Assembly (NCBI GenBank): GCA_036172245.1
Contig: JAYWIR010000071.1
Location: 310,001 to 374,000 of the forward strand
Reading direction: 5' to 3'
Source: Raillietiella orientalis
Lineage: Eukaryota
Length of the DNA stretch: 64,000 nucleotides
A model generated the notes under the pieces. The model made no database searches and had not been told where the DNA came from. It worked only from the letters and a program-made list of their open reading frames with translations. Below are positions 40,177-52,369 of the stretch, one piece after another. Within the stretch, counting starts at the first letter, position 1; the number at the start of each line of letters is the position of its first letter. The position numbers and the translations under genes are program-made.

Positions 40177-41702
40177 TCAAGGGCCGGCGCCGAGGTCGCC
40201 GACAGCGCCCTCTGGCTGCGATGCGCGCAGCAGCAGACCGCGGTAGCTCGTCTTCCAGCACTTGCAGGCGCCGGGCACCAGGAACCAATCGAAGTACAGG
40301 CGGACCTGGAAGCAGCCCAGCGCATCGTACCCGTCGCAGAAGGAGGAGTCCGGGACTCCGCTTCCCGAGGTCTCGGCAGGGGCCTGCGGACTTTCGAAGC
40401 CGGTGGGCGAGTTCTGTCCTGCCGCCCGCTCCTCTGGCCGGGACGCCGGGGCCTCTTCCTCCTCCGGGAGCTCTCCTTCTCTGTACGCAGGGGAGTCCTT
40501 CGGGAGCACCGCCCTCGGGTAGAACGCCTCGGCGACCAGCAGGCTGACCCATCGGGGCGAGGACAGGCAGGATCCGCCCGTGAAGTAGCAGGAATTCGTT
40601 CTGGAAGGGGGGAGAAGATCGGGGCTCAGTGTTCCCCTCATGGGGAACCTACAGGCAGTGCGTGACCTCCACCGTCTGCGTAAAGTACTCTTCGTATGGG
40701 ATCTGCACCACGTAGCGCCACATTCGGTGGTGGTTTCGGGCGTACAGGGGGGTCACATACTCCACGGTGGATGGACAGGGAGTCAACGTGGCCGGCGGAG
40801 GATCCTTCCGTGAACCTGGGAGGGTGCCGCCGCTGCGGGACTCGAACCTCTTCTCTTGGGAGCCATCCCTGCCCGGCATCTTTCCCGTGAGCATGCTGTA
40901 GACCCTGCATAGCCTGGGGGAAGGGAAGAGGAAGCACTGGGATGGGGGTTTCCCTATCTCCCCGGGATACAGGGGAGGAGGAGAAGGAGGAGCAAGGAAG
41001 GAAGGCAGGCGGCCGAAGGGACGGATACAACCCCTGCCGGCGCCGCGCCCTCGTGCTCCGCCCACTCACATCCCAGACGCTCCCTCGCAGATGTGAAGCT
41101 GCCGCGTTTCCTTGCCGCCATCGGTCCGCCGCAGCATGGGACCGCCTCTGACCGCAGACGCCGACGCGTTCCCAGCGCTCCCAGAACCTACCGGAGAAGG
41201 CACCGTCCCTAAAGGTGGGCCATAAATGCCTCCTATCCCGTGGAACGGTACCTCTCGGGGTACTCACCACTAACCCTCATGACCTTGGGGAGGTCCGTCC
41301 TCTGCTTCAGGAAGGGTAGCGTCCCGGCGAAGTGTTCCAAGGTCCTGTTGCGGAGCAGGGCGCTGGTGGGAACGGCTCATTGACCAGGAGGAACGGAGGG
41401 GAAGGAGTGAGACTCCCCGCGGATACTCACAAGGGGTATTCCTCGAGCACCTGGACGGGGTTCCTCGGAAGGAACTTCCTGTTGAGGTCCCCGCAGAAGG
41501 ATCCCGGGAGGTCGCCGGGGCGACCGCCTCCTAGGAATGTCTCGTCTCCGGGGCAGGTCGCCGTGGTCGGGATGTAGGGAGGGCGGGCGACCTTGGGCGG
41601 GGCCAGCTCGGGAGGACCCTCCTCGAACGGAAAGAATCCGCCTGGGGCCAGAGCGCCCACGCAGGCGACCGCTCGCACCAGCACGACGACTGCATCGAGA
41701 CC
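40177..41702 (-). CDS. spz6: Spaetzle-6-like cystine-knot Toll-ligand family protein. Exons 41702-41431, 41362-41268, 41187-41070, 40913-40653, 40600-40177; signal-peptide exon unresolved
   Basis: Phase-consistent exons give PPKVARPPY...FCGDLNR...YPFALLRNRTL...LPKV, PCPSTVEYVTPLYARN...WRYVVQIPYEEYFTQTVEVTHC, GGSCLSSPRWVSLLVAE and CDGYDALGCFQVRLYFDWFLVPGACKCW. These closely match remembered arthropod Spz6 motifs. Confidence 0.88.
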
Positions 41703-42354
41703 CTGGAAGAGATGGCGCCTTATCTTTAAGGCGCTTTGGCGACGGGAGAGACCGCCGTCTCGTCCGCAGCTCCCTTCCTTCCTTACGGCGTTCAAGCGCG
41801 CCTGCTCCCGATGCGGAAGGGGGCAAGGATGCGGGTCGATGGCCAGGCGACCGAAGGAAGGTTGGTCTGTGCCGGTCTCCTGGCAGCGGGAAAGTAGAGA
41901 GGAAGGACCGGATGGAACGCGAGAGGAAGGAGGCGTAGGAGCATCAAGAAGAAGAGAATTCCTGAGAGCTCGTTTCCTGGAGACTGCGGCGGTCAGCGTG
42001 TCCCCTCTTCCGGTAGCGGCAATCTCGAGCCCTCCTGCCTGTGCGGGTCGACGATGCGCGGCGGTTGCCAGCTCGCGCCTCAGGGACCATGGCGACCCGA
42101 AGTTGCCCTTGAGGCAGCTCAGGGTCGCCGCGCCGTTAGGTCCCGCCGCGGGGCTTTGTGTGGCGGGAGGAGAAGGAGGAGAGACGGAAGCGCGGAGAGG
42201 GGGGGGGGGGGCACCGCGTGCGAACGCGGGAGCTCAGCGGCCGCTCGAGGACCGTCGCCCGCGAGCCCCACCTCCGTCCCTGAAAGGGAGGAGAGAGGGG
42301 AGAAGGGAATTGGAAGGGAGGACCAGGGTAGGGGTTACTATGCTTACCGTGCAG

Positions 42355-43662
42355 AGGAGCATGTCCTGCCTCTCACCGCTCCTGAGAGCTCCGGGGAAAC
42401 CGTGCCGCCTCCTCGCTCTCTGTTGTCGGGGCACCTGCGCGTGACCTCCAGAGTGTGAGCGCGCGCACACGCCCTGCCCTCCTCTGGTTGTCGGCTGCTC
42501 CTCGGGTCAGCTGCTCGGGCGAGTTGTTGGCGCCGCCGCTAGGGGGGATGCCAGTCGGAAAGGGAAGGCAAGAAGGAGGTGCGAAGAAGAGGGAAGGAAA
42601 TAGGTCGGCTCCAGTCACGTGACCACTGTCGGAAGGGTCCGCGCTGTGGAGACGCGGCCTGTCCACCTGGGTGCCGTCGGAGTTCGGTGACCCTGGAAAG
42701 AGGAGGAGGATGCTCTCGCTTTTTCATCCGCGGATGAGCGCGCAGATACGATGGGCGCTCCTCGTGGCGCCGTGACGCCACTCCTAAGAGCGGGGGAAGG
42801 ATGTGGGAGGGGGTGGCCTACTGGCAGGGAAAGGTCGAAGACCCTCAAAGGAAGTGTCCGCACGGGTCGAGCTCTTGCCCGTCGTGGTCGGTTGCCATGG
42901 AGAAGGAGGAAGGGAATGGAGCCTGGGTGAGAGCCTTGGGAGAGAAACTTCCAGAGACCCGCGGGCGCGCGCTGACTTTCTCATCGGTGGACAAGGGCAC
43001 GGGGAAGGAGAAGCGCCAGTGGCATCCTCCCAGAGGACAGACGCTCATCCCTCCCTCATCTCCTGCCTTCTCTTCCGCGCCCGACTTCTGCGCTCGGAGC
43101 TCCTAGCTCGCTTTCCCGGCTTGGGACTGGCGACAGCAGGAAGGAATGGGAAAAGGGGGAGGAGAAGACTGGGGACCTCCCTTAGGAGTGATTTTTCCTC
43201 TTTTTTTTCGGGTTTTTCCTCTTGATGCCCCAGACCGAGGAGAGGCTCTCCGGCACGGCAGTCGTTCCGGCAGCTTCTGCGGGCACCGGCCAGTCACACT
43301 CGGAATAGACGCCCACTTCAACGAGTTTCGCCTGAGGGCATGGGAGGCGCTACCCGCGGAAGGAATTCCGAAGATGGTGATGGGAAGGTACGGGGACGAA
43401 AACGGGGATGATGGGAAGCTCGCCAATGGCTGGTAGCTGTCGTGGTTCAGCATCGGACCACATCGAGAGGGGTAAGCGAGGAACAAAGGGGTTCGTGCGA
43501 CCTGGGGTCATCAGGGGAAGCATCGTCTGTGACTAACGCAATCGCTTTTTGGAATTCTCAGCCACTGTTCGACAGAGTCTCTAAGCCTAGGTGGGTCACC
43601 CTCGGCAGCAAAAAAAATGACTTCAGGGCTGAAAACCACGGCAACATAGACATCTGGGACCC
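42355..43662 (+). CDS. 5' half of an uncharacterised micro-exon gene. Exons about 42355-42454, 42615-42686, 42746-42771, 42828-42926, 42996-43187, 43234-43376, 43451-43471, 43562-43590, 43627-43662; start unresolved; no downstream exon identified on this strand
   Basis: All junctions are GT-AG and phase-consistent. Protein: ...SARVELLPVVVGCHGEGGREWSLGHGEGE...SQRTDAHPSLISCLLFRARLLRSELLARFPGL...FCGHRPVTLGIDAHFNEFRLRAWEALPAEGIPKMHRTTSRGPLFDRVSKPRAENHGNIDIWD(P). It ends at a phase-2 donor at 43663. Confidence 0.7.
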
Positions 43663-43720
43663 GTGAAGAAATTTCGGGCGGTGTCCCGCTGGTGCTGCCC
43701 CGCCCTAGCCTCTAGGCCCC

Positions 43721-45283
43721 ATGCGACCTCCAAGACACCGAGCGGAGGCCGCAAGGAGCGCTCCCCTATCCTACCCCCGCTGACCCCTGCTCCAGGGGAT
43801 GCGGCGCTGGAGCGCCAAGCGGGGACGTCGGCGGTTGCAGGAAGCAGACGCGCGCATCCCGAGCGAGCGGTCCGCGCCTCGGGGGGAAAGGAAGATGCGG
43901 AGCGGAACCGGGGAGGCAGCATCCGGACTCCAGCCCCGAGGCTGCCGAGACCGTCAGTGGGAAGCACCGGAAAGCCAAAGCGGTCCCGGGCCACTCGGAA
44001 GCGCCTGCTCCGATTGCGCCTTTCCTTAGCCGAAGACCTCGCTGCAATCGCTTCTTGATTTCCGGATCGCCCCCTGCCCGATGGCTCGAGCGACCACCCG
44101 TCCCGCCTCCCCTCGCTGCCGACGGGGGAGCGGCGGGACGTCGACTGCCGCCCTGCCAACCCCACGGTTCTCGCGCGGAAACGCCCATCGGCGACCGGAA
44201 GAAGGGGTGCGTGGCAAGGACTGCGGGCGCTGCCGCCTCCGCAGCTTCGGATTGTCCGCAGGTGGCCCTCCCTCTTCAGCCAGGCTGAGGCGAGGTTAGC
44301 ATCCTCCTCCTCCTCCTTCTCCACCTTCCAGCCACCCGTGGGCCTTCCGTCCCGAGAGCGACCCGCACAGCCCGCGTCGCCACCGACAGCAAGGTTGGAG
44401 GCGAATTTCAGACCCTTCGAGTGGGTGTTGGGGGGGGGGCAGTGACCAGCGAGGCGGTCGCTACCGGTGCGGGATACCGGGCGCCGAGTGAGAGCCCGGC
44501 GAGGGCGCCACCGACGGCGGCAACGGTGACTCAGGGAAGGTGGTCCGTGAGCCCGTGCGGATGGATGGCGCGGGGACGGAGCCGTGATCTCCTGGCGCGA
44601 CGGCGCGCCTCCCCCGGCGGCGGCGGCGGGGGATGAAGAGGCCCGCACCCCGCCTGCTCCGTCGGCCCGTCGACACGCTGCTGTCTCGGGGCACGAAAAG
44701 GAGGAAGGGCTTGTAGGGGTGGATGGTGGCGGCGCTACTGCTGACCGCGCTCACCCCTGCATCGAAGATTCGCTGCCGAGGGGGGAGGGAGAAGGAGAGG
44801 CTTCCCCTTCCTGTCATTTCCCGCGGAGGGTGGAAGGGCTCTCCCCCGACCTGTGGGGGGATCGCGCATGCTTCCCGGGCGTTCCGTCCGCCTCTGCGGA
44901 CCGGCGGAAGCCGCGGCCGCGACGAGGAAGGAGCGACCCCATGCGCTCCTCCGGGCCGCGCTGAGAGTGCCGGCAACGAGAGGAGGTCGGGCGCGGGCGG
45001 GCGGCGGTGAAAGGGGTGGGGTGGGGAAAGGCTCCCCGTTTTCCCGGCAGCGCGCCGACGTGGAGGAGCGCCCCTTCCGGGACGTCCTTTGCCGCAAGCG
45101 CTCCCGGCTTTGCAGGGCTGGAAAGCGAGCAGCGGGAAGAGGAGGACAGGGTCGAAGGTGGGGAGGCGCGCACGCTGCTCGCCACCCCCTGACTGGGGCT
45201 AGCGGAGGCGGCTGGGGCGGCGTTATTCCCGAGGGGGAAGAAGCTGTGAGGATGCGGTGGCGCGCTCTCGGGAGCGGCGGCAC
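43721..45283 (+). repeat. Left arm of a 1.56 kb near-perfect inverted repeat (partner 58982-60545)
   Basis: Reverse complement of 58982-60545. The ORF track shows identical translations on opposite strands (e.g. 44461..44976- and 59289..59804+). Only differences seen: A/T at 43733/60533 and G10 versus C11 in a homopolymer. No TIRs or convincing TSD. Confidence 0.98.
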
Positions 45284-45299
45284 GTTAGGAGGGGGTGGG

Positions 45300-46850
45300 G
45301 GTGGGGTGGTGGCGCTTTCCTTGAATTCGGTGGGCGCTCCCTGAAGGTTTCCACATCTCCTTTTAGGAGGTGGCAAAGGCTTCCTTCTTTCGCTGCAGTG
45401 CCCTCTCCTTGCGTGTGCGCTGCGCTACATTCTCTCAAGGTAGAAACGTGAAGTGATGCTCTCTCCTCATGACCAGATTTTTTCCCCTTTTTTGGATTTT
45501 TATCTTCTGGACCAGAAGGGATCGACTCTCTGTCATCTGCGGATGAGCTTTTCAGGAGGAAGCTTCCAGATTGGTCCAGGTTCCTCAGAAGCAGGGACTC
45601 ATCGCTCGCTTCAGGGTGGTCAGGTCGAGCTCTCTCTGTGAAAGGCCTCGCCAGTGCTCCAAAGATGCTTTCTTCGAGGTTCCCTAGGCCATCGTTGGTT
45701 CCCGCGCTGCTCCTGAGGGAGTCGGACTCTCCCTTCCATTTTGACACTGGCGGCTCCTTCTCTGGAAAGCACGAGCGGTGCAAGATGTCCGCCATCCGCA
45801 GTCCTCGGATGGAATTTTCTTTCCAGGAGGCTCTCGTCCTGGTTTCTCCCTGGCGACTGGCCTTCGAGAGGTTCTCGGTCGCGCCCCGCATCTGTGGTTT
45901 CCCGTGTGCCAGCAGTCCGGTGCTCAGCAGCCGGACTACGATCTTCGCAAAACCACTAGCCTGCATGCTCGCCAACGCAATTCCCTGCACTTCCCTCGGG
46001 GCAAACCCGTCGCATCGTTGCCAGGGGGAACCTCTGTCTGGCAACACGTCCGCAATGCGGTCGGGCATCCGTTGCGCTCTAGACCCGTGGAAGCCCGCGT
46101 CGAGAGCGTCCTCTGGAGTTCCCGGCAATGGTCTCGTGGACGCGGTGGACGAGGGACGTTCCTTTCCACTCGTGCGACAGGGAGTGTCCCCTTCCGCGTC
46201 GCCTCTGCCGCTCCTGCTGCTGGCAGCGCGCTGCGCTGAGTTGCTCCGCGCGTGCGAGCTCCTCTCTAGTCAGTCAGCAGCGCTGCCCTCCTTTCCGGAA
46301 CAGTGCAATCCTTCCCCCTAAAGTGGAAGGAGTCGGCGATCCTGCAGTGCAACAGCATTGGAGACTCCCGTGCAACGCCACCGACACCATTGAACCCGGA
46401 GGAGGAAATGAGCCCCAACTGCAGCAGGTGTGGTGAAAGAGGGTCCTTCCCGCATCTGTTCGTGGATTGCGTTGCCTTTCGCTCCTCGTGGGAACGCTTT
46501 GCCGAGTCCCTGCGGATCCTCGAGGGCAACCCCAGAAACATTCTGAAGCGTCTCTTCCAGCGCGACGCATCACCCCAGTCGCATCCCTAGCAGCACTTTG
46601 CTGCCTACGTGGGACCATGACTGCATGGAGCAACGCCAGAGGAGGCCAGGACGACAGGGAAGCCATATATTTTGCTGTCTTCTTCATGAGGATTGTTCCC
46701 CCCCCCCCCCTTTCTCCATCTGCTGCAGAGGCGAACCTCGCCGGCCTGCGCGCCGATCCTTGGCAGGTTTACATGGTTACATTTGTGACGTGGCATGACC
46801 AAACGTTCTAGCACTGACCTATATGTTTATTTTTTTATATAAATAAACGC
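45300..46850 (+). mobile_element. 3' part of a decayed L1/Tx1-like LINE ORF2
   Basis: WSGRALSVKG (W..R.LS..GK-like), C-terminal CCHC zinc finger SPNCSRCGERGSFPHLFVDC, and AATAAA near 46842. Confidence 0.7.
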
Positions 46851-46859
46851 CCCGGCGCA

Positions 46860-48230
46860 ACCGGGAGTCAACCTCCTTTCCGGAAGAGGAAAACCTGGAT
46901 GAACTACGGCGACGTTCGCGAGAGTTTAGAAAAGACTTCCTGAGGCAGGCGCGAGGAGACGGCGACGCCCCCAGCCAGGACAAAGGAGAGGAAGTCTGCA
47001 AGGTAGACGCGAAGGCGTGCAGCTGTTCACGGCCCCACTTCTGCTGACAAGCTTCGGTGATGACTTCCTTCTTCCCGAACCTGACTGAGGCATCTGGATG
47101 AAGATGCGGGAAGCAGAGAAGAACTCAGTTCCCGGAAGTTGCATTCGCGGCTATCCGCGGGCACAACCGGGGAGGGAACTTCCTCTGCAGTTCCTGGAGG
47201 AAGAGAGACACGACTTTACCTTCCGGAGGGATCTTCCACCATCACTGCCAGGAGGGCTCCCGGGATTCTGGAAAGAGCGGGCAGAGGCAAAGAAAAAGGT
47301 GCTTGGGAGATACAGCAGCGGTACTGGAGGCCGAGAACTGAAGGTCGCTGGCCACGATCTACTCCTGCAGGTTGCCCAACCTCAGGGACCACTCGTCCAT
47401 CAACGCAGAGGACAGCTCGTCCTACCATGAAGACTCAGCCTAGAAGACCATGCTGTCAGTAGACCCCTCCTTATCCCCAACATGCCAGGTTCGTTATCAG
47501 TGACCCCCACCCCGCCTCCTCCCCCTACCAATGTGATAAAGGAACCTTCTTCTCCATCACCGAGTCAAAGGGGCCATTCCCTTTGATCCTCCGTTGAGAG
47601 CTCGTCGTGGCTCCTCCGCGCAGACCTCCGAAAGGCAGTCGAAGAGAACTTCCTTTTCGTCTCTTGGAGAGGCAGCTGGAACTCGGTACTCCTTTGACGA
47701 CCACTGAGAGGCGGTCGATGCGATCTTATGGAGGCGGCGTCCTGAACCGTTCCCTTTCCTGGAGAGCGGCCGCGGCGGACGCCCTTCTCTTTTCTCGAAG
47801 TCATCGGGGACACTCGCGTGCAGCAAAGTCGGCGGCCGCGCGCTGGCCGCCCAGCTCAAGTGGACTCCTAGACTCTTTCGTTTCCGTTGGATCGTCCCCA
47901 GTCAGCCGGTTACCTCAGGAGGCACCTCGATTTCCCGGACCCATCTGTCTTCACGTGGCCTGCAGGTCGTGGACTACCTCCTCCCACGACCTGCAGGCCT
48001 CCTATGGAGGCTGTAGCGAGGTACCAGTGCGTGGAAACCAACGTGAAGAGTCCCTACTGGGGGAGAAGGGGGGAGGAAAGAAGGAAATACAGAAGGGAGG
48101 AGAAAACGAGGGAAGGAAGAAGAGCAGAAGCTGCCGGCACCACGGCCGGAAGATGGAAAGTCTAAGGTGCCCCGTACTCAGAGGAAGTCATGCAGGAGCC
48201 CGGGCCACCTCTGGCGAGAGTTTCTACTCC
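46860..48230 (-). mobile_element. Decayed L1/Tx1-like RT fragment
   Basis: EYRVP..LQETKRKF (YRPISLLN.D.K-like) and AVLCVDGR...GVDRGQRPSVLGL (GVRQGCPLSPLLF-like); stops and frameshifts. Confidence 0.45.
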
Positions 48231-48339
48231 TAGGAGAGCGATCTCTTGTAGGAGAGCACCTCCGCTTCCTCCGGAAAGTTTCTTTTTATTGGCGGCGCTA
48301 TTTCCCAGGGGTCCTCCTTGCTCTTGCCCCTCGAACCCT

Positions 48340-49197
48340 TCAGGAACGGCGGACAGTGAGCGACTTCCTCTTGTCGCTGCTCCCCAGAACGAAGGAGAGC
48401 TCGTAGCAGGAGAGCAATTCCTTGTCCCGCTTCATCACGAGCTTGGCGCGGTAGTTCCCGCCAGGAAGAAAAGATGCCCAAGGGTCGTCTAGGTTCAGCT
48501 GCTTGGAGGTCAGGCTTAGCTGGAACGGCGACACGGGACAGGTGCAAGAGGATCCTGCATCCAGGATCTCCTGAGGGCAGCTGCGGATTTCGCTCAGCAG
48601 TTCGCAGATGGATTCGTAGTGGCAGGAGCCCTTGCCTTCGACGCAGGGAATCTCGATCCATTCCCACAGGCAATGGTACTCCAGGATGATGTCCATCTGG
48701 GGAGAAGGGGGGGAAGGTGAGCGCTGGCTCGCGCGCGTGACGCCTGCAGACGAGCGGCCCCACTCACCGAAATGGCCTCGGTGAGCGTGAGGTTCAGGGA
48801 AGCCCACAGGCTGATAAAGATGTCTCCCGGTAGGTGAATGGTCTTTGGAAGGACAGTAACGTTCTCGACTGCCACGAAATCCATGGGCGTACAGTTTCTC
48901 ACGACGACTTCCTGGAGCGATGGAGGAAAGGCTGCCTGGAGACGGAGGAAAAGCGGAAGAGTGCGATCCTCTCTCCCACCTATCTCCTCCCTTCTCCCCT
49001 CTTCGACCCCTCCGCAACCCGCTTACCTCGTAGGCGACCGCTTCCTTCCCTCCCGGGAACCTCTGGAGCGTCCTGCCAAAGGCTCGCCAGTCCCACATGC
49101 CCAGGAACCTACCAAGCAGACCGTCTCCAGGAAGAGACTGGGCCGGGCAGGAGCAGCAGCACAGGAGCATGGCCAGCGCCATCCGAGTTGCGTCCAT
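48340..49197 (-). CDS. GM2A: GM2 ganglioside activator-like (ML domain) lipid-binding protein. Exons 49197-49027, 48911-48768, 48696-48340
   Basis: Signal peptide MDATRMALAMLLCCCSCPAQS, then VRNC...TVLPKTIHLPGDI, WIEIPCVEGKGSCHYESICELL, CPQEILDAGSSCTCP, GNYRAKL and LLSCYE. This reproduces the GM2AP cysteine pattern; introns are canonical. Confidence 0.9.
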   Translation of the reverse strand: MDATRMALAMLLCCCSCPAQSLPGDGLLGRFLGMWDWRAFGRTLQRFPGGKEAVAYEVSGLRRGRRGEKGGDRWERGSHSSAFPPSPGSLSSIAPGSRREKLYAHGFRGSRERYCPSKDHSPTGRHLYQPVGFPEPHAHRGHFGEWGRSSAGVTRASQRSPSPPSPQMDIILEYHCLWEWIEIPCVEGKGSCHYESICELLSEIRSCPQEILDAGSSCTCPVSPFQLSLTSKQLNLDDPWASFLPGGNYRAKLVMKRDKELLSCYELSFVLGSSDKRKSLTVRRS

Positions 49198-50499
49198 CTT
49201 TACAGCGGCGACGGCGGCGGGGGATCCACGCGGTTCTGAGGGAGCAGAGCGACCCGCGGGAACTTTTGACGCGGGCGCCCGAGGGCACCCAGGAGACGCG
49301 CAACCTCCCGTGGGAACGCAGCAAGCATCCTGGTGTTTCCGTCCCCGCAGAAGAGATGCGCGGGAAGAGGAGGAGGAGGGACGAACCCGCGGCAGTTTCC
49401 CGTCGGAGCGGGCGATAATCAGCTGTCGTCGTGGCCACGGCGGTGCCGAGGGATGCTGGGAATCCGTCCGTCCTGTCAGGTGGAGCCTTCCCTCGGCAGA
49501 GCGTGTCCTTCCTGCCCCTCCGCTCCTCTCCCCTACTTCGCAGGTGCTCGCGGCCGCCGACGCTGCTCGAGCACTCTTTTCAAGGAACGCCCGCAGAGCC
49601 TGCAGCTGCCCACTCACCTGCGCCGACCCCACGCCGCACCGGGAGACCTCCGGGAACGCTCCAGAAGAAGAAGGGAGGAGGGGCGTCCCGCGGACTGGGA
49701 ACCCCCTGGGCAGAGCCACTGCCCTCCTGTAAGCTGTCCCTCCAGGGCTCGAAAGGACACTCGAAAAGGGAGGCTGCGCGGGCGCGCATTCGCATGGATC
49801 TCTACAGCCGGGCTGCACCGTTCCCTCTCCCCCTCCCCCTTGCAGCCATGGCAACGGAGGGAGTTCCTCAGCCGGCGGCTGAACCCACTTGTATGAAGGA
49901 GGAAAAGGATGGAGGGAGACTCCCCACTCGCTCGCCGGCAAGGACAGGAAACGGATACGGAAAGATCGGCCTTCCAGCCTTCAGACGCTACAAAATGCCG
50001 TCGAGGCTGCCCTCAGGACAGGGATGAAGTAGATCGAGCCCCATTCGTGGAGCAGCGAAACCAGTATCAGAAGCCATCAGGGAGAGTCGAAAGAGCGGCA
50101 GGGCCCAACAACGGACCCCTACGGTCAGCGAGGCTCCGACTCCGCTGGCGGCGAGCGTGTCATCTTGAGATTCGGAGGGAGCAATGGGAACCTTGCGTGC
50201 CGTGAGCAGCGCAGCGGGAGCAGACAGACCGGCATTCCAGCGTGCGCGCGCGCAACCATGGCAACCTCTTCCGAGTGGAGGCGGTATCTCGAGGAGATCC
50301 TGCTCCTCCTCTTGAGCCTTTTCTCTTAGGCTCAGGTCGCCCTGCTCCTGGAGGACTTCGGCGAAACCTCCCTGATAGCGCTGCGGCAGTCGCCTGGCGT
50401 CGGCGTCGTTTGGAACGGTTGTCGCAATAACGCGGGGAGAAAGAAAAGGCAGATAGCCACTCCCGTATCCTCCACGCTTCACACTCAACGGAGCTCTCC

Positions 50500-52250
50500 A
50501 TCCTGGTGACCCACGTTCATTCCCGAACTGCGTCACTGCACGCCGACTCGCCGTGCCCAGCGGAAGGGCGACCCATCAGCGCCTCCGGAAGCGGGCAGTC
50601 AGCGCCAATCCGAGAGTCCCCCAGTCCCACACACTCGTCTTGCTCGACGTCAGAGCGCAGGGATGAGGTGGTCACCGATCCATCCCATAACGCTCCCAGA
50701 ACCCTCCGTTAGAGGAGGGGGGAGCCGCCTGGAGGGTCGCTTCCCCGCCGGCTGCAGGCACTTGCGGCGTGTGGACGGAGCGGGGGGCCCCGAAGGCTCT
50801 GGCAGGTAAAAGTTCCAGGAACTGGGGTGCTTCCAGGAGGCTCCTCACTTACTACAGCTGAGGATTCTCAGCGTGAGTGGAAGATGGGTGGTGGACGGCA
50901 GATTGAGACTCCCTAGGGACGTCAACCCGCAGGAGAGACCTCTGGCCGGTCGGGTTATCATCAGTCACTCCTCTCACATTTCCTTCCAGCGGAGGAAGGG
51001 GAACCTCATAGCCTGGAGAGGGGACAGGAGCGCACAACCGGGTAGCACCTGCACCCCTCCCCCCATCCAATCCTCTGGAGAGGAAAGACCCGCGAATGAA
51101 ACCTCCTTCCGGCGCTCTCCTTTGCGGGAACGAGACTCCAGTAGGTAGCTACAGGTTCCCTTGCTATGCACGACTCTCCCTCCCGGCGCTGAGGCCGACC
51201 GCCGTCCACCCTCGAGGCTTCCCTCTCCCAAGGCCGCCTTCCTGCTTCCTTCCATTTTCACCGATGCTGGGCGCCTCCCGCGGGCGTCTCCCGCCCGGAG
51301 GACAGCGCGGACGCACGGCTGGCAGTCCAGGAGAGGATGGAGAACCTTCCGAGAAGGCCAGCCTTCCCTTCCTCTGGGGCTTTTCGCCTGTACCTGGGGG
51401 TGCGAGTTTCCGGTGCAGACGTCCTTTTAGGGAAGGCTCCAATAAAATCCAGAGGAACAGGGGGACTTTAGGAGGGTCCCCCGGCGTTCTGACCCCTCAG
51501 AAGTTTCCCTCTCGCCGTCCGACCACGGACGCACCTCCCTGAAGGAGGAAGAGCTCCCGGAATGGCAAAGTGGGTCTGCCTGGGGATGCAGGCAGACGCA
51601 GGATCCAGGGAAAGGTACTTCACCCCCTCATTCCCGCCTCCGCAGCAGGGAAAGGGCAGACACTCACTGAAGGGGATGGTCCGAGAGTCTCCGGGGGGCA
51701 ACTTTGCCCTACACCTCTCGACGAAGACCCTGCCGGGAGGGCATGGCGCTCCGTGATCGCAGGCACGTGCGGAGGGCATAGACGGCGCCTTCCTCCCTCT
51801 GTAGAGCGGCGCCGAGGAGCCGCCGTGTGGACTCCATGGAGGACTGCGCATGTCGGGAAAGGTCCGAGGAGTCCCGCGCGTCGGAATCTGGGGGAACGTT
51901 GTCTGCCGCGCGCGAGGAATCATCGGAGAGCCTCCTCATGATGCGGACGGAAGAGGGAGGCCACAGCCAGCTCGTCCAGAGCGCTGGCAACCCCTGCGCC
52001 GGCCGGTCGGAGTTCCGACCGCCGAGGGAGTCCCAAAGGGGTCCGCTTCATTCCCTTCGAGGTTGCCTTCGAGACAACGAGGGTGGAGGTTTCCCTTCGG
52101 GACCCGTCCGCAAGCGTGAAAGGAACGGGTTCCCTTCTCCGGAGCCCTGCCTGGATTCATAGGGCGGTTTCCTCCCGAAGCACACCCCAACTTGAAGAAT
52201 CCGCGGCAGTCCGCGAACACTTACACGGAGGTGGGTGAAAATACGGTAAC
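50500..52250 (-). mobile_element. Decayed LINE copy of the same family as 60550-64000
   Basis: 52050-52150 aligns by eye with the reverse complement of 61660-61770 (ATTCCCTTC..GGT..CCTT..GAGACAAC..G.GTGGAGGTTTCCCT.CGGGA...CCCTTCTCCGGAGCCCT). A KAPG.DG-like remnant lies near 50830. Confidence 0.6.
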
Positions 52251-52369
52251 TGACCGAAACAGGACACCGCTATACTTTGATGGGGATGCTTTCCCAATCA
52301 GGACGATCCGTCCCTCTTTGCGTCGGACGCCACTTTGAAGGACGGATGATCAACTGGTTGAGAGCGGGG

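Noticed and set aside
43623..44648. Long overlapping Arg/Pro/Gly-rich ORFs in the repeat and other GC-rich blocks
   Set aside because: Expected from stop-codon scarcity at high GC; open in several frames with no motifs.
48340..49941. 533-aa single ORF
   Set aside because: An artefact of GC-rich read-through. Only the spliced GM2A exons from 49197 are supported.
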